Origin: Acidobacteriota bacterium
GTDB lineage: Bacteria; Acidobacteriota; Thermoanaerobaculia; UBA5066; Gp7-AA6
Length of the DNA: 53,356 bases
Direction of reading: 5' to 3'
Assembly: GCA_046726795.1 (NCBI GenBank)
Contig: JBKPBH010000099.1
Span: 1 to 53,356, forward strand
Shown here piece by piece: positions 30,480 through 38,852 of this stretch. Position 1 is the first letter of the stretch; the number at the start of each line of letters is the position of its first letter. Position numbers and translations under genes: made by a program. The notes beneath the pieces are model-generated. The model did no database searches. It worked only from the letters and a program-made list of their open reading frames with translations, and was not told the origin of the DNA.

Positions 30480-31211
30480 ATGTCCGGACACAGCAAATGG
30501 GCAACGATCAAGCACAAGAAGGGCGCGGCCGACGCCAAGCGCGGACGTCTCTTCACGAAGTTGATCAAGGAGATCACGATGTCCGCCCGGTTGGGCGGCG
30601 GCGCGCCCGAGGGAAATCCGCGCCTGCGCAAGGCCATCGACGAAGCCAAGGCCGTCAACATGCCCGCCGACAACATCAAGAGGGCGATCCAGCGCGGCAC
30701 CGGGGAATTGCCCGGAGTGTCCTACGAGGAAGTCGCCTACGAAGGATACGGGCCCGGAGGGGTGGCGGTCTACGTCGAGGCCATGACCGACAACCGCAAC
30801 CGCACGCTTCCCGAGATCCGCACGATCTTCTCCAAGCACGGAGGAAATCTCGGCGAAGCCGGATCGGTCCGATTTCTCTTTCAGAAGAAGGGGTACATCG
30901 CGATCGAGAAGGACAAGGCGAGCGAAGACGCCGTGGTGGAAGCGGCCATCGAGTCGGGCGCCGAGGACGTGCGCTCGACGGACCAGTACCACGAGGTCGT
31001 CACCGAGCCGGAGGCCTTCGGCTCGGTTCGCACGAGCCTCGAGGAGAAGAAGCTCCCGATCGCCGTAGCCGAGATCTCGATGCTCCCCACGACCGAGGTC
31101 GTCCTCGATCAGCGCAGAGCCGATCAGATGATGAAGCTCATGGAAGCCCTGGAGGACCACGACGACGTCCAGCACGTCTGGGCCAATTTCGACTTCGAAG
31201 AAACCGCCTGA
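30480..31211 (+). CDS. yebC: YebC/PmpR family protein
   Basis: [39 protein letters not shown]. Confidence 0.97.
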   Translation: MSGHSKWATIKHKKGAADAKRGRLFTKLIKEITMSARLGGGAPEGNPRLRKAIDEAKAVNMPADNIKRAIQRGTGELPGVSYEEVAYEGYGPGGVAVYVEAMTDNRNRTLPEIRTIFSKHGGNLGEAGSVRFLFQKKGYIAIEKDKASEDAVVEAAIESGAEDVRSTDQYHEVVTEPEAFGSVRTSLEEKKLPIAVAEISMLPTTEVVLDQRRADQMMKLMEALEDHDDVQHVWANFDFEETA

Positions 31212-31296
31212 GCCGTGAAACGTAAAAGGTAAAAGGGTAAAACGAGGCACGGATGCCGCCTTTCCGTTTCACGTTTTACGTTTAACGTTTTACGGC
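31212..31296. repeat. Inverted heptamer array (CGTAAAA / TTTTACG) filling the yebC-ruvC gap
   Basis: gc cgtgaaa cgtaaaa ggtaaaa ... cgtttca cgtttta cgtttaa cgtttta cggc. Confidence 0.9.
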
Positions 31297-31297
31297 C

Positions 31298-31771
31298 TTG
31301 AGGGTCGTCGGCTTCGATCCAGGCACAGCGGCCACGGGGTACGGTGTGGTCTTTTTCGAGGAGGGACGCCTTCGCCTGGACGGATGCGGCGTCTGGCGTC
31401 CCCCCGCGGCCCTTTCGTTCGCCGAGAAACTGGAATTCCTTTTCGCCGGCGCGCTCGGCCTGCTCGAGGAGTGCCGGCCCGCGGCGGTGTCCGTCGAAAC
31501 GGTCTTCGCGGCCAGGAACTTCTCCTCCGCCATCAAGCTCTCGCACGCCCGCGGCGCCCTGCTGGCGGCCTCGGCGCGCAACGGCGTTCCGGTCTTCGAG
31601 TATGAGCCACGGCTGGTCAAGAAGGCGCTGGTGGGTTACGGGAATGCCGAGAAACCCCAGGTCCGGGCTATGGTCCTCTCGTTGCTCGCCCGCCAGCGCG
31701 CCCGGGTCCCGCTCGACGCCGCCGACGCCCTGGCCGTGGCTATCTGCCACATCCATGCCGGGGGGCGTTGA
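31298..31771 (+). CDS. ruvC: Holliday junction resolvase
   Basis: GFDPG-TGYG, VETVF, ARG, VKKALVGYGNAEKPQV, DAADALA. Confidence 0.95.
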   Translation: MRVVGFDPGTAATGYGVVFFEEGRLRLDGCGVWRPPAALSFAEKLEFLFAGALGLLEECRPAAVSVETVFAARNFSSAIKLSHARGALLAASARNGVPVFEYEPRLVKKALVGYGNAEKPQVRAMVLSLLARQRARVPLDAADALAVAICHIHAGGR

Positions 31772-31851
31772 GCGGTAGGCGGCAGGCGAAAAAGAGCGCA
31801 AGACGACAAATCTGACCGGCGGACGGGTGGCCTATCGCCCTGCCGCCTTCC
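31772..31851. repeat. Degenerate inverted heptamer array (GCGGCAG / CTGCCGC)
   Basis: gcggtag gcggcag gcg ... gcctatc gccctgcc gccttcc. Confidence 0.55.
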
Positions 31852-31952
31852 CTTTGGCGCGTGCCGCGGAGCTAAGTTGTTTGGCAAACGCGCTTTTTTG
31901 GCTTATTCTATTCGGCATCCTTGGTTCCCGGACCCTTCTGAAAGGAGATTGC

Positions 31953-33326
31953 ATGAAGGCTAAGCGTGCCGCGCTCCTGGGCTTGCTCGTCTGCCTGATT
32001 GGAGCGACCGCTTCCGCCCAGATAGCCCCGAACAACCAGGGCGATATCGGGCTCTTCACGATGCCTACCGCGGACACCCCCCGGGCGGGGTACTGGACCT
32101 TCGCAGTCTACGGCTGGAAGGAGCAGCTCATCGCCGGCAATCTGGCGTTCGAGAACACCGAGGCGCGCAGCCGGCTCTTTAGCCACTGGGCCGCAGAGGG
32201 GTCGCTCGGGATCGGCCTGACCGATCACTGGTCCCTCTTCGCGAGCGCGGGGGAGGAGCGGTTCGAGAGCCGCGGCGGCTGGCGGGGCGGCTCGATCAAC
32301 AGCATCCAGATCCGCGACCATTTCGTGGCAGACGAGGCGCGGAAGATCCGGATCGGAAGCAAGTACAACTTCTTCTCCGAGTCGGATCCCGACTTCCGGG
32401 TGGCGCTCTGGGGCGCAGGGCATATTCCCATCTCTCAGTCCTCCCTGAACAGGGACGACGTCGACGCGGATCTCGACCACATCAAGTCCCGGCGGACGGA
32501 CTGGGAGTGGGGGTTCGCGGCAACCAAGGGGATCCTGACCGGAATCGTCTCCTATCAGCTCTCCGGCCGCCACGACAACGACGTGCGCGTGGCCAACCGC
32601 CTGCGGTTCGGAGCCGGCGTGGACGTCCCGGTCGCGCCGTTCCTCCACGTCATCGGCGAGCTGGACCGAACGATCTTCGACGGCGGCGACTTCCCCGATG
32701 AAAACTATTCGATGCTCCTCGCCGGGGCGCGTTTCTACATCGGCCGCTCGGGATGGGCCGTGTCGGCCGGCTTGAACGCGAACGTGGACCTGCTCATCAA
32801 GCACGGGTTCTCCCCCTCCCCCGTCGGCGGGATCGTCGGCGTGTCGTACGCAGCCTGGCCGCCGCCTCCGCCGCCGCCCGTGGTTGTGCCGGCGCCGCCT
32901 CCGGCACCGGTCGTCGAACAGAAGACCGAGGTCGTCGTCCAGACGCCGCCCCCCGCGCCGCCGGCGCCGACGCCCAGGTCCACGCGAGACGAGATCTTTT
33001 TCGACGCCGGGAGCGCCCGGCTGACCAACATCGCCAAGGCGATCCTGGACGGCGTTGCCCTGCGGATGAAGAATGACCTGAACGCGACGGCGGTCATCAC
33101 GGGCTATTCCGACAACGCCGGTTCCGCGGAGTCCAACCTGGCGATCTCGGCCAAGCGCGCCGCGGCGGCCAAGGAGTATCTCGTCACACGCCACGGGATC
33201 GACCCCGCCCGGATCTCGACCGCGGCGAAGGGTTCCGCCGAGCCGGCCTACGACAACGCCACCGCGGAAGGGCGCGCCAAGAATCGGCGAGCGCTCATCG
33301 TCGTCACCCTCGTCCCGGGGTCGTGA
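31953..33326 (+). CDS. OmpA family outer-membrane protein (barrel, Pro linker, OmpA C-terminal domain)
   Basis: SD AAAGGAG, signal peptide, beta-strand-rich body, poly-Pro linker, GYSD, NLAISAKRA, GRAKNRR. Confidence 0.9.
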   Translation: MKAKRAALLGLLVCLIGATASAQIAPNNQGDIGLFTMPTADTPRAGYWTFAVYGWKEQLIAGNLAFENTEARSRLFSHWAAEGSLGIGLTDHWSLFASAGEERFESRGGWRGGSINSIQIRDHFVADEARKIRIGSKYNFFSESDPDFRVALWGAGHIPISQSSLNRDDVDADLDHIKSRRTDWEWGFAATKGILTGIVSYQLSGRHDNDVRVANRLRFGAGVDVPVAPFLHVIGELDRTIFDGGDFPDENYSMLLAGARFYIGRSGWAVSAGLNANVDLLIKHGFSPSPVGGIVGVSYAAWPPPPPPPVVVPAPPPAPVVEQKTEVVVQTPPPAPPAPTPRSTRDEIFFDAGSARLTNIAKAILDGVALRMKNDLNATAVITGYSDNAGSAESNLAISAKRAAAAKEYLVTRHGIDPARISTAAKGSAEPAYDNATAEGRAKNRRALIVVTLVPGS

Positions 33327-34480
33327 GCTCCGATCCGTCCGGGACCGAGACCGAGCCCCCTCCTGCCGAGGGGGCTTTTTTCGCGCCCCCGGGCAGGCCA
33401 GCCGCCGCCGTCGCGGCCCCGGCCGGCTCACCGCGCGCCGTCGGCTTCACGATCGTTTCGCTCGCTTCGGCCGTTGCCCTCCTCTACTACGGGCGGCTCT
33501 TCTTCATCACGGTCATCTTCGCCCTTTTCCTCGCGTTCGCGATGCGCCCGTTCGTCTCGCTCCTCGAGCGCGCCCGCGTGCCGCGGGTGCTCGCCATCCT
33601 GCTCCTCCTCTTCGTCCTGATCGGGGCTCTCGTCCTCCTGTTCATCAACGTCACGGCGCAGTTGAACGAGTTCTACGGCGATCTGCCCCGCTACCAGACG
33701 CGCATCAAGGAGCTGCTCTCTCAGCTGACGGAATTCGTCAACACACTCCGGCAGAGGATGGGGAACATCCTGCCGGAGGAGTCCCGAGGAGTGCGCGAGG
33801 TCAAGATCGCGGAGTCGCCGATCGAGATGACGCGCATGCTCGTGTCGCAGCTCGGAGGCGTTCTCCACCTCGTTCTCTACGCAGCGGCCGTGCCGTTTCT
33901 GACCTTCTTCATGCTCAAAGACCGGGAGAAGTTCGGGCGGGTCATCTCCGGCATCCTGGCGCGCAACCCGCGGATGGCGGGGACCGAGGTCACCGGCGCG
34001 ATCTCGCACACGATGACCTCCTACGCGCTCGGGCTGGTGTTCGTCATGCTCATCATGGCGGGCGCGACCACGATCACCCTGATGTTTCTGGGCATCCGGT
34101 ATTACTACGTGCTCGGTCCAGTGGCGGGGCTTGCGATCATGCTCCCCTACGTCGGCGTCATCCTCTCGACCCTCCCGGCGGTCGCCGTAGCCTACTTCCA
34201 GTACGACGGACGCAAGGCGCTGATCGTCCTCGCCGTCTATTCCGTCCTCCAGTTCCTGGAAGGCAACGTCCTGACGCCCTTCATCGTCGGCGGAAGGGTC
34301 CGGCTCTTTCCGCTGACGGTGATGGTCGCCTTCATCTCCTGGGGACTCCTCTGGGGAGTGCCCGGCGCGGTCCTCGCGGTGCCCCTGACCTCGGCGATCA
34401 AGGTCGTCTGCGAGCACATCAAGGGCTGGGAGGGCCTTGCCCGCCTTTTGGGAGACCCGGATCCGCCACCCGTATCCTGA
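33323..34480 (+). CDS. AI-2E (PerM) family transporter
   Basis: LTFFML, LPYVG, LEGNVLTPFIVG, WGLLWGVPGAVLAVPL. Confidence 0.9.
   Translation: MSSDPSGTETEPPPAEGAFFAPPGRPAAAVAAPAGSPRAVGFTIVSLASAVALLYYGRLFFITVIFALFLAFAMRPFVSLLERARVPRVLAILLLLFVLIGALVLLFINVTAQLNEFYGDLPRYQTRIKELLSQLTEFVNTLRQRMGNILPEESRGVREVKIAESPIEMTRMLVSQLGGVLHLVLYAAAVPFLTFFMLKDREKFGRVISGILARNPRMAGTEVTGAISHTMTSYALGLVFVMLIMAGATTITLMFLGIRYYYVLGPVAGLAIMLPYVGVILSTLPAVAVAYFQYDGRKALIVLAVYSVLQFLEGNVLTPFIVGGRVRLFPLTVMVAFISWGLLWGVPGAVLAVPLTSAIKVVCEHIKGWEGLARLLGDPDPPPVS
33354..33381 (+). terminator. Intrinsic terminator after the ompA-like gene
   Basis: AGCCCCCTC-ctgcc-GAGGGGGCT followed by a T run. Confidence 0.7.
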
Positions 34481-34481
34481 G

Positions 34482-34567
34482 AGTCCTTAGTCCTTAGTCC
34501 TTAGTCCTTAGTCCGGGGTCCGGAGTCTGCCGTCCCAACCAAGGACTAAGACCAGGGACCAAGGACT
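34482..34567. repeat. Inverted heptamer array (AGTCCTT / AAGGACT)
   Basis: (agtcctt)x4 agtcc ... aaggact aagacc agggacc aaggact, between convergent genes. Confidence 0.9.
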
Positions 34568-34571
34568 TTTT

Positions 34572-35453
34572 CTACACTCGCGCCTTCTTGCCGAGGGACA
34601 GAACGCTGCCCAAGAACCCGGCCAGCGTTCCAGCTACCGGGAGAGCCAGCGCGGTCGGCCAGTCCAGGAAGCTCGTCCAGAAAATCGACAGGACCGGATG
34701 CGGATGGCGGGCGAGCAGCCGCGTCGCCGCCAGGAAAGTCGCCGCCAGCAGACCGAGCGCAGCCGCGCCCCCCGCTAACCCTTCGAAGGCGCCGTAGAGC
34801 CAGAAGGGCGCCCGGACCGCGCCCTCGGTCGCCCCCATCAGGCGCATGATCTCGATCTCGTCGCGGTGCAGGTCCAGGGCCAGCCGGATCGCGGAGGCCA
34901 CCGAAAGGACCGCCGCGACGGTCAGCAGGCCTCCCAGGAAGAGACCCGCGCCGCGCAGGAGGCGGATCGCTTCCCGGAAGCGCCGGTCGAAGTCCTCTTC
35001 CGACTCCGCCGTCTCGACCCCCGGGAGACGCCCCGCAGCTTGTGCGATCGAGCCCGCGCTCGCCGCGAACCCCGGCTTGACGAAGATCTCGAGTGTCGGG
35101 GGAACGGGCGCCTCTTTCAACTCCGCGAGCGCCGCCCCGAGGTCCGGGTATGCCCTGCGAAACCGATTGAGGGCCTCCGTGCTCGAAACGACGCGGACCC
35201 TGGCCACGCGGGCATCCGCGGCGATGCGTCCGGCCAGCTCGCGGCCGTCCGCCGAGGCCTCGAGCGTCACGACAGCGGCCGGCGTTTCCCCCCCGGCGGC
35301 GGCGAGGCGGCCGAGGTTCTTCGAAAGCAGGACGAGCAGGCCCGGCACGTACAGCCCGAGGGTGATCAGCGCGCCCGCCATCACCGTCTGCCGGAAGCCG
35401 CTCCTCGCGATGGACCAGGCCTCGCCGAAGACGTAGCGGGAGCTAATCCCCAT
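34572..35453 (-). CDS. ftsX: Cell division permease FtsX
   Basis: VSSTEAL, EIEIMRLMGATEGAVRAPF; four TMs; downstream of ftsE. Confidence 0.88.
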   Translation of the reverse strand: MGISSRYVFGEAWSIARSGFRQTVMAGALITLGLYVPGLLVLLSKNLGRLAAAGGETPAAVVTLEASADGRELAGRIAADARVARVRVVSSTEALNRFRRAYPDLGAALAELKEAPVPPTLEIFVKPGFAASAGSIAQAAGRLPGVETAESEEDFDRRFREAIRLLRGAGLFLGGLLTVAAVLSVASAIRLALDLHRDEIEIMRLMGATEGAVRAPFWLYGAFEGLAGGAAALGLLAATFLAATRLLARHPHPVLSIFWTSFLDWPTALALPVAGTLAGFLGSVLSLGKKARV

Positions 35454-35464
35454 AGCTGACCCGG

Positions 35465-35548
35465 AGCCGTGAAACGTAAGACGTCAAACGTAAAACGAAG
35501 TCGAGCAATGCCTTGCCACGTTTTACGTTTTCCGTTTTACCGTTTACG
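35465..35548. repeat. Inverted heptamer array (CGTAAAA / TTTTACG) in the ftsE-ftsX gap
   Basis: cgtgaaa cgtaaga cgtcaaa cgtaaaa ... cgtttta cgttttc cgtttta ccgttta cg. Confidence 0.9.
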
Positions 35549-35555
35549 ATTCTCG

Positions 35556-36260
35556 CTACCCACGAGGGAGGAAAGGCGCTTCGCGGATCAAGGGAGCCGG
35601 CGGAGCGCCTTCGCGCAGGCGTCCTCGCTCGAGCGTCAGCACGCGTTTTCCCATCCGGCGGATCAGGTCCAGGTCGTGCGTCGCGACGAGGACGGTCGTC
35701 CCACGGATATTGATGTCGGCGAAGAGACGCATGATCTCCTCCGACAGAACGGGATCGAGGTTACCCGTCGGCTCGTCGGCGAGAAGCAGCGCGGGCTCGT
35801 TGACGATCGCGCGGGCGATCGCGACGCGCTGCTGCTCGCCCCCGGAGAGGTCGTGCGGGTAGGAGTTCATCTGATGGTGGAGGCCGACGCGCTTCAAGAC
35901 CTGGTAGGCCCGGCGGCGCTGTTCGGCCCGCGGCAGGCCCAGCACGCTCTGGACGAAAGCGATGTTCTCGAAGACCGTCTTGCGCGTGATCAGGCGGAAG
36001 TCCTGGAACACCACGCCGATCGTGCGACGGAAATAGGGGACCTGCGAAGACGGGAGCACCCAGATGTTGCGCCCGTTGACGACAATCTGCCCGGACGTCG
36101 GCTCTTCCTCCCGGAAGAGCAGCTTCAGGAAGGTCGTCTTGCCCGCTCCCGAGGGGCCGGTCAGGAAAACGAACTCGCCGCGCTCGATGCGGCAGGTCAC
36201 TTCCGTCAGGGCGTGCCGGAACCGCCCGTATTCCTTCGAGACGTTGTAGAGCTGGATCAC
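35556..36260 (-). CDS. ftsE: Cell division ATP-binding protein FtsE
   Basis: [37 protein letters not shown]. The GTG start overlaps the gatB stop. Confidence 0.95.
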   Translation of the reverse strand: MIQLYNVSKEYGRFRHALTEVTCRIERGEFVFLTGPSGAGKTTFLKLLFREEEPTSGQIVVNGRNIWVLPSSQVPYFRRTIGVVFQDFRLITRKTVFENIAFVQSVLGLPRAEQRRRAYQVLKRVGLHHQMNSYPHDLSGGEQQRVAIARAIVNEPALLLADEPTGNLDPVLSEEIMRLFADINIRGTTVLVATHDLDLIRRMGKRVLTLERGRLREGAPPAPLIREAPFLPRG

Positions 36261-37765
36261 GGCTGCTCTCGTCGCTTCTTTTCGCGGAGCAACTCCTTCT
36301 GAAGGGCCGCGCGTACAGCCGCCGGATCGGCGCCGCCACCGATTGACTTGATGACCTGGCCCATAAACCAACCAAACGTTTGTGTCCTGCCGGCGAGGTA
36401 CTGATTGACCTGTTCGGCATTGTTCCCAAGCGTTTCCGCGACTGCCTTGTAAATGGCATCACTGTCGTCGAGAACACCCAGACCCATTCGCTTCACGATC
36501 GTTGCGGCATTCTCCGTCGACGTGAGCATCTCGGGCAGAACTCGATCCTTGGCTCGGGCCACATCAATCTGCTTCTTCTCGACGAGCCGGAGGAGGCCTG
36601 CCAGGCGCTCGGGCGAGACGGGAAACGAGAGCGCGTCTTCCGAAGAGATCTTTCGTTCCTTCATCCGGCGCAGCACCTCACCCGTCACCCAGTTGGTGGC
36701 CTGCTTCGCCGGCGCGCCGGCGCCGACGACCTGCTCGAAGTAGTCCGCGAGCTCCCTGGCCGAGGTGAGCGTTTCCGCGTCGGCGCGGGAGAGACCGTAC
36801 TGTGAGACGAAGCGCTTCTCCCGCGCCCGCGGCAGCTCGGGGAGATCGGAGGCGGCGCGCGCCGCCCAGGCTTCCTCCACGATGAGGGCCCCAAGATCCG
36901 GCTCGGGGAAGTAGCGGTAGTCGTGCGCTTCCTCCTTGCCGCGCATCGACACCGTGCGGCCGGCGGCGGCGTCCCAGAGGCGGGTCTCGAGGACGACCTT
37001 CTCCCCGCGCTCGAGAGCCTCGGCCTGCCGCCCGATTTCGTGCTCGATCGCCTTCGCGACGAATCGGATCGAGTTCAAGTTCTTGATCTCGACGCGCGTC
37101 CCGAAATCCGCGCCTTCCTCGGCCCGGATCGAGACGTTGGCGTCGCAGCGCAGGTTCCCCTTCTCCATGTCGGCGTCGGAGACCCCGGTGTAACGCAGCA
37201 GTCGCCGCAGCTCCGTCAGGTAGGCCGCCGCTTCCCCCGGCGAGCGAAGGTCTGGCTCCGAGACGATCTCGACCAGGGCGACGCCGCATCGGTTCCAGTC
37301 CACGAGCGAGACGCTGGCCGGCACGTCGTCGTAGGGCGTGTCGTGCAGGAGCTTGCCGGCGTCCTCCTCGAGATGGATGCGCACGAGCCGGATCGTCTTC
37401 GGTCCCGCCGAGGTTTCGATCTCGATGGATCCGCCGGTCGCGATGGGCCGGTCGAACTGACTGATCTGGTAGCCCTTCGGCAGGTCCGGATAGAAGTAGT
37501 TCTTTCGCGCGAACCGCGAGTCGTGGTGGACCCGCGCGCCCACGGCGGCCGCGAGCTTCAAGGCGAGTGTCACGGCGCGACGGTTCGTGACCGGAAGCGT
37601 TCCCGGGAACCCCAGGCAGACGGGGCACGTGGCGGAGTTGGCCGGCGCTCCCACCGTGACCGGGCAAGAGCAGAAGAGCTTGGAGCGGGTCTGGAGCTGG
37701 GCGTGGACCTCCAGGCCGATGACGGGGAAAACCCGCGTCTTTACAGGCATTTCCAGCGAGGACAC
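36257..37765 (-). CDS. gatB: Asp/Glu-tRNA amidotransferase subunit B
   Basis: IGLEVHAQL, RKNYFYPDLPKGYQISQ, HLEEDAGK, RCDANVS, EIKNLNS, DYRYFPEPDL. Confidence 0.97.
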   Translation of the reverse strand: MSSLEMPVKTRVFPVIGLEVHAQLQTRSKLFCSCPVTVGAPANSATCPVCLGFPGTLPVTNRRAVTLALKLAAAVGARVHHDSRFARKNYFYPDLPKGYQISQFDRPIATGGSIEIETSAGPKTIRLVRIHLEEDAGKLLHDTPYDDVPASVSLVDWNRCGVALVEIVSEPDLRSPGEAAAYLTELRRLLRYTGVSDADMEKGNLRCDANVSIRAEEGADFGTRVEIKNLNSIRFVAKAIEHEIGRQAEALERGEKVVLETRLWDAAAGRTVSMRGKEEAHDYRYFPEPDLGALIVEEAWAARAASDLPELPRAREKRFVSQYGLSRADAETLTSARELADYFEQVVGAGAPAKQATNWVTGEVLRRMKERKISSEDALSFPVSPERLAGLLRLVEKKQIDVARAKDRVLPEMLTSTENAATIVKRMGLGVLDDSDAIYKAVAETLGNNAEQVNQYLAGRTQTFGWFMGQVIKSIGGGADPAAVRAALQKELLREKKRREQP

Positions 37766-37865
37766 CGCAAAATTCTAACACCGAAGCGAGGCGGCGGGAG
37801 GGCCGGGGTATCACGGTCGCGGCGGTTCCACGCAGAGCGGCGAAGCCGCCTCCTACAATGCCCGG

Positions 37866-38603
37866 GTGAGCGGTGATTGGGTCGAAGAGCAAAACGCCGG
37901 CGGATGGGTCTTCCGCCCAACGGATCCGCCGCCCGGCCTCCTCGTCGCCTTCTCCGGCCGCGGCGAGGGCCCGAAAGACGAGCCTTCTCCGACGGCGTTC
38001 CTCGCGAGGCGCTTCGCGCGCTCCCTCGGGACCGGCGAGCTCCCGATCGTACGCTCCACACAGGTGCACGGCAGCCGCGCCGTGATCGTCCGCGAGCCTC
38101 CCGGCCGGGGCGAGGTGCTCGACGCCGGAGAGTGCGACATCCTGGCGACGGGCCTTCCTGGCGTCGCTGTCGTGGTCCAGACAGCCGACTGCGTTGCGAT
38201 CGTTCTGGCCGGAAATCGTTCGGCCGCCGTCGTGCACGCCGGCTGGCGCGGCTCGGCCAGGAACGCCGCCGGGGCCGGAGTCGCCGCGCTCGCGGAGCTC
38301 GGCGAGAGCCCCTTCTCGGCGCGCGCCTTCCTGGGACCCTCGATCGGAGCCTGCTGCTACGAAGTGGGAGGCGAGGTCGCCGCGCAGTTCGCCGGAGAGT
38401 TCACGAAACGCTCCCGCGAGGGCCGCTTCCGCCTCGACCTGGCAGCCGTCAACCGCGCCCAGCTCGCCGCCGCCGGCATCCCTCCGGAGAGCATCTCCGC
38501 GCATCCCGCCTGCACGAAATGCGGCGGCGCCCGTTTCGCGTCCTATCGCCGGGACGGCGCCGCCGCGGGCCGGATGATCGCCCTCGCCGCGCGACTCTCC
38601 TGA
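37866..38603 (+). CDS. pgeF: PgeF/YfiH family protein (peptidoglycan editing factor, laccase-like domain)
   Basis: QVHG, TADC, HAGWRG, GPSIGACCYEVG, FASYRR. Confidence 0.92.
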   Translation: MSGDWVEEQNAGGWVFRPTDPPPGLLVAFSGRGEGPKDEPSPTAFLARRFARSLGTGELPIVRSTQVHGSRAVIVREPPGRGEVLDAGECDILATGLPGVAVVVQTADCVAIVLAGNRSAAVVHAGWRGSARNAAGAGVAALAELGESPFSARAFLGPSIGACCYEVGGEVAAQFAGEFTKRSREGRFRLDLAAVNRAQLAAAGIPPESISAHPACTKCGGARFASYRRDGAAAGRMIALAARLS

Positions 38604-38604
38604 T

Positions 38605-38620
38605 ATGTCAGATCTGACAT
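38605..38620. repeat. Perfect 16-bp palindrome ATGTCAGATCTGACAT
   Basis: Self-complementary; begins just after the pgeF stop. Confidence 0.8.
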
Positions 38621-38637
38621 GCACAGCGAGAGCCCTC

Positions 38638-38848
38638 GCCCCGGTCGCGGCGCGCGAAGTCTCCTGAGGTAATCGAAGGAGGAGGCGCGCGCCGCGGGAG
38701 CGGAGCGCTTGCGCGGAATCAGGCGAGCGGTCGAGGCCGCATCCGGCTGAGCCGCTCGCCGGTGCGCCGAAAGGCGCTGCCCCGGTCGCAGCGCGCGTAG
38801 TCTCCTGAGGTAATCGAAGGAGGAGGCGCGCGCCGCGGGAGCGGAGCG
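38638..38848. repeat. A-B-A mosaic repeat: 70-bp direct repeats around structured element B
   Basis: 38638-38707 and 38779-38848 differ at 2 of 70 positions, and each is a hairpin. The middle (38713-38779) is homologous to 374-440. Confidence 0.92.
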
Positions 38849-38852
38849 ACGG

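Noticed and set aside
38664-38678. CTGA...GAA read as a hammerhead ribozyme core
   Set aside because: It does not match CUGANGA...GAAA with the required stems.
38638-38848. Repeat-spacer-repeat read as a CRISPR mini-array
   Set aside because: The repeats are 70 bp, the 'spacer' is itself a repeated structured element, and there are no cas genes.
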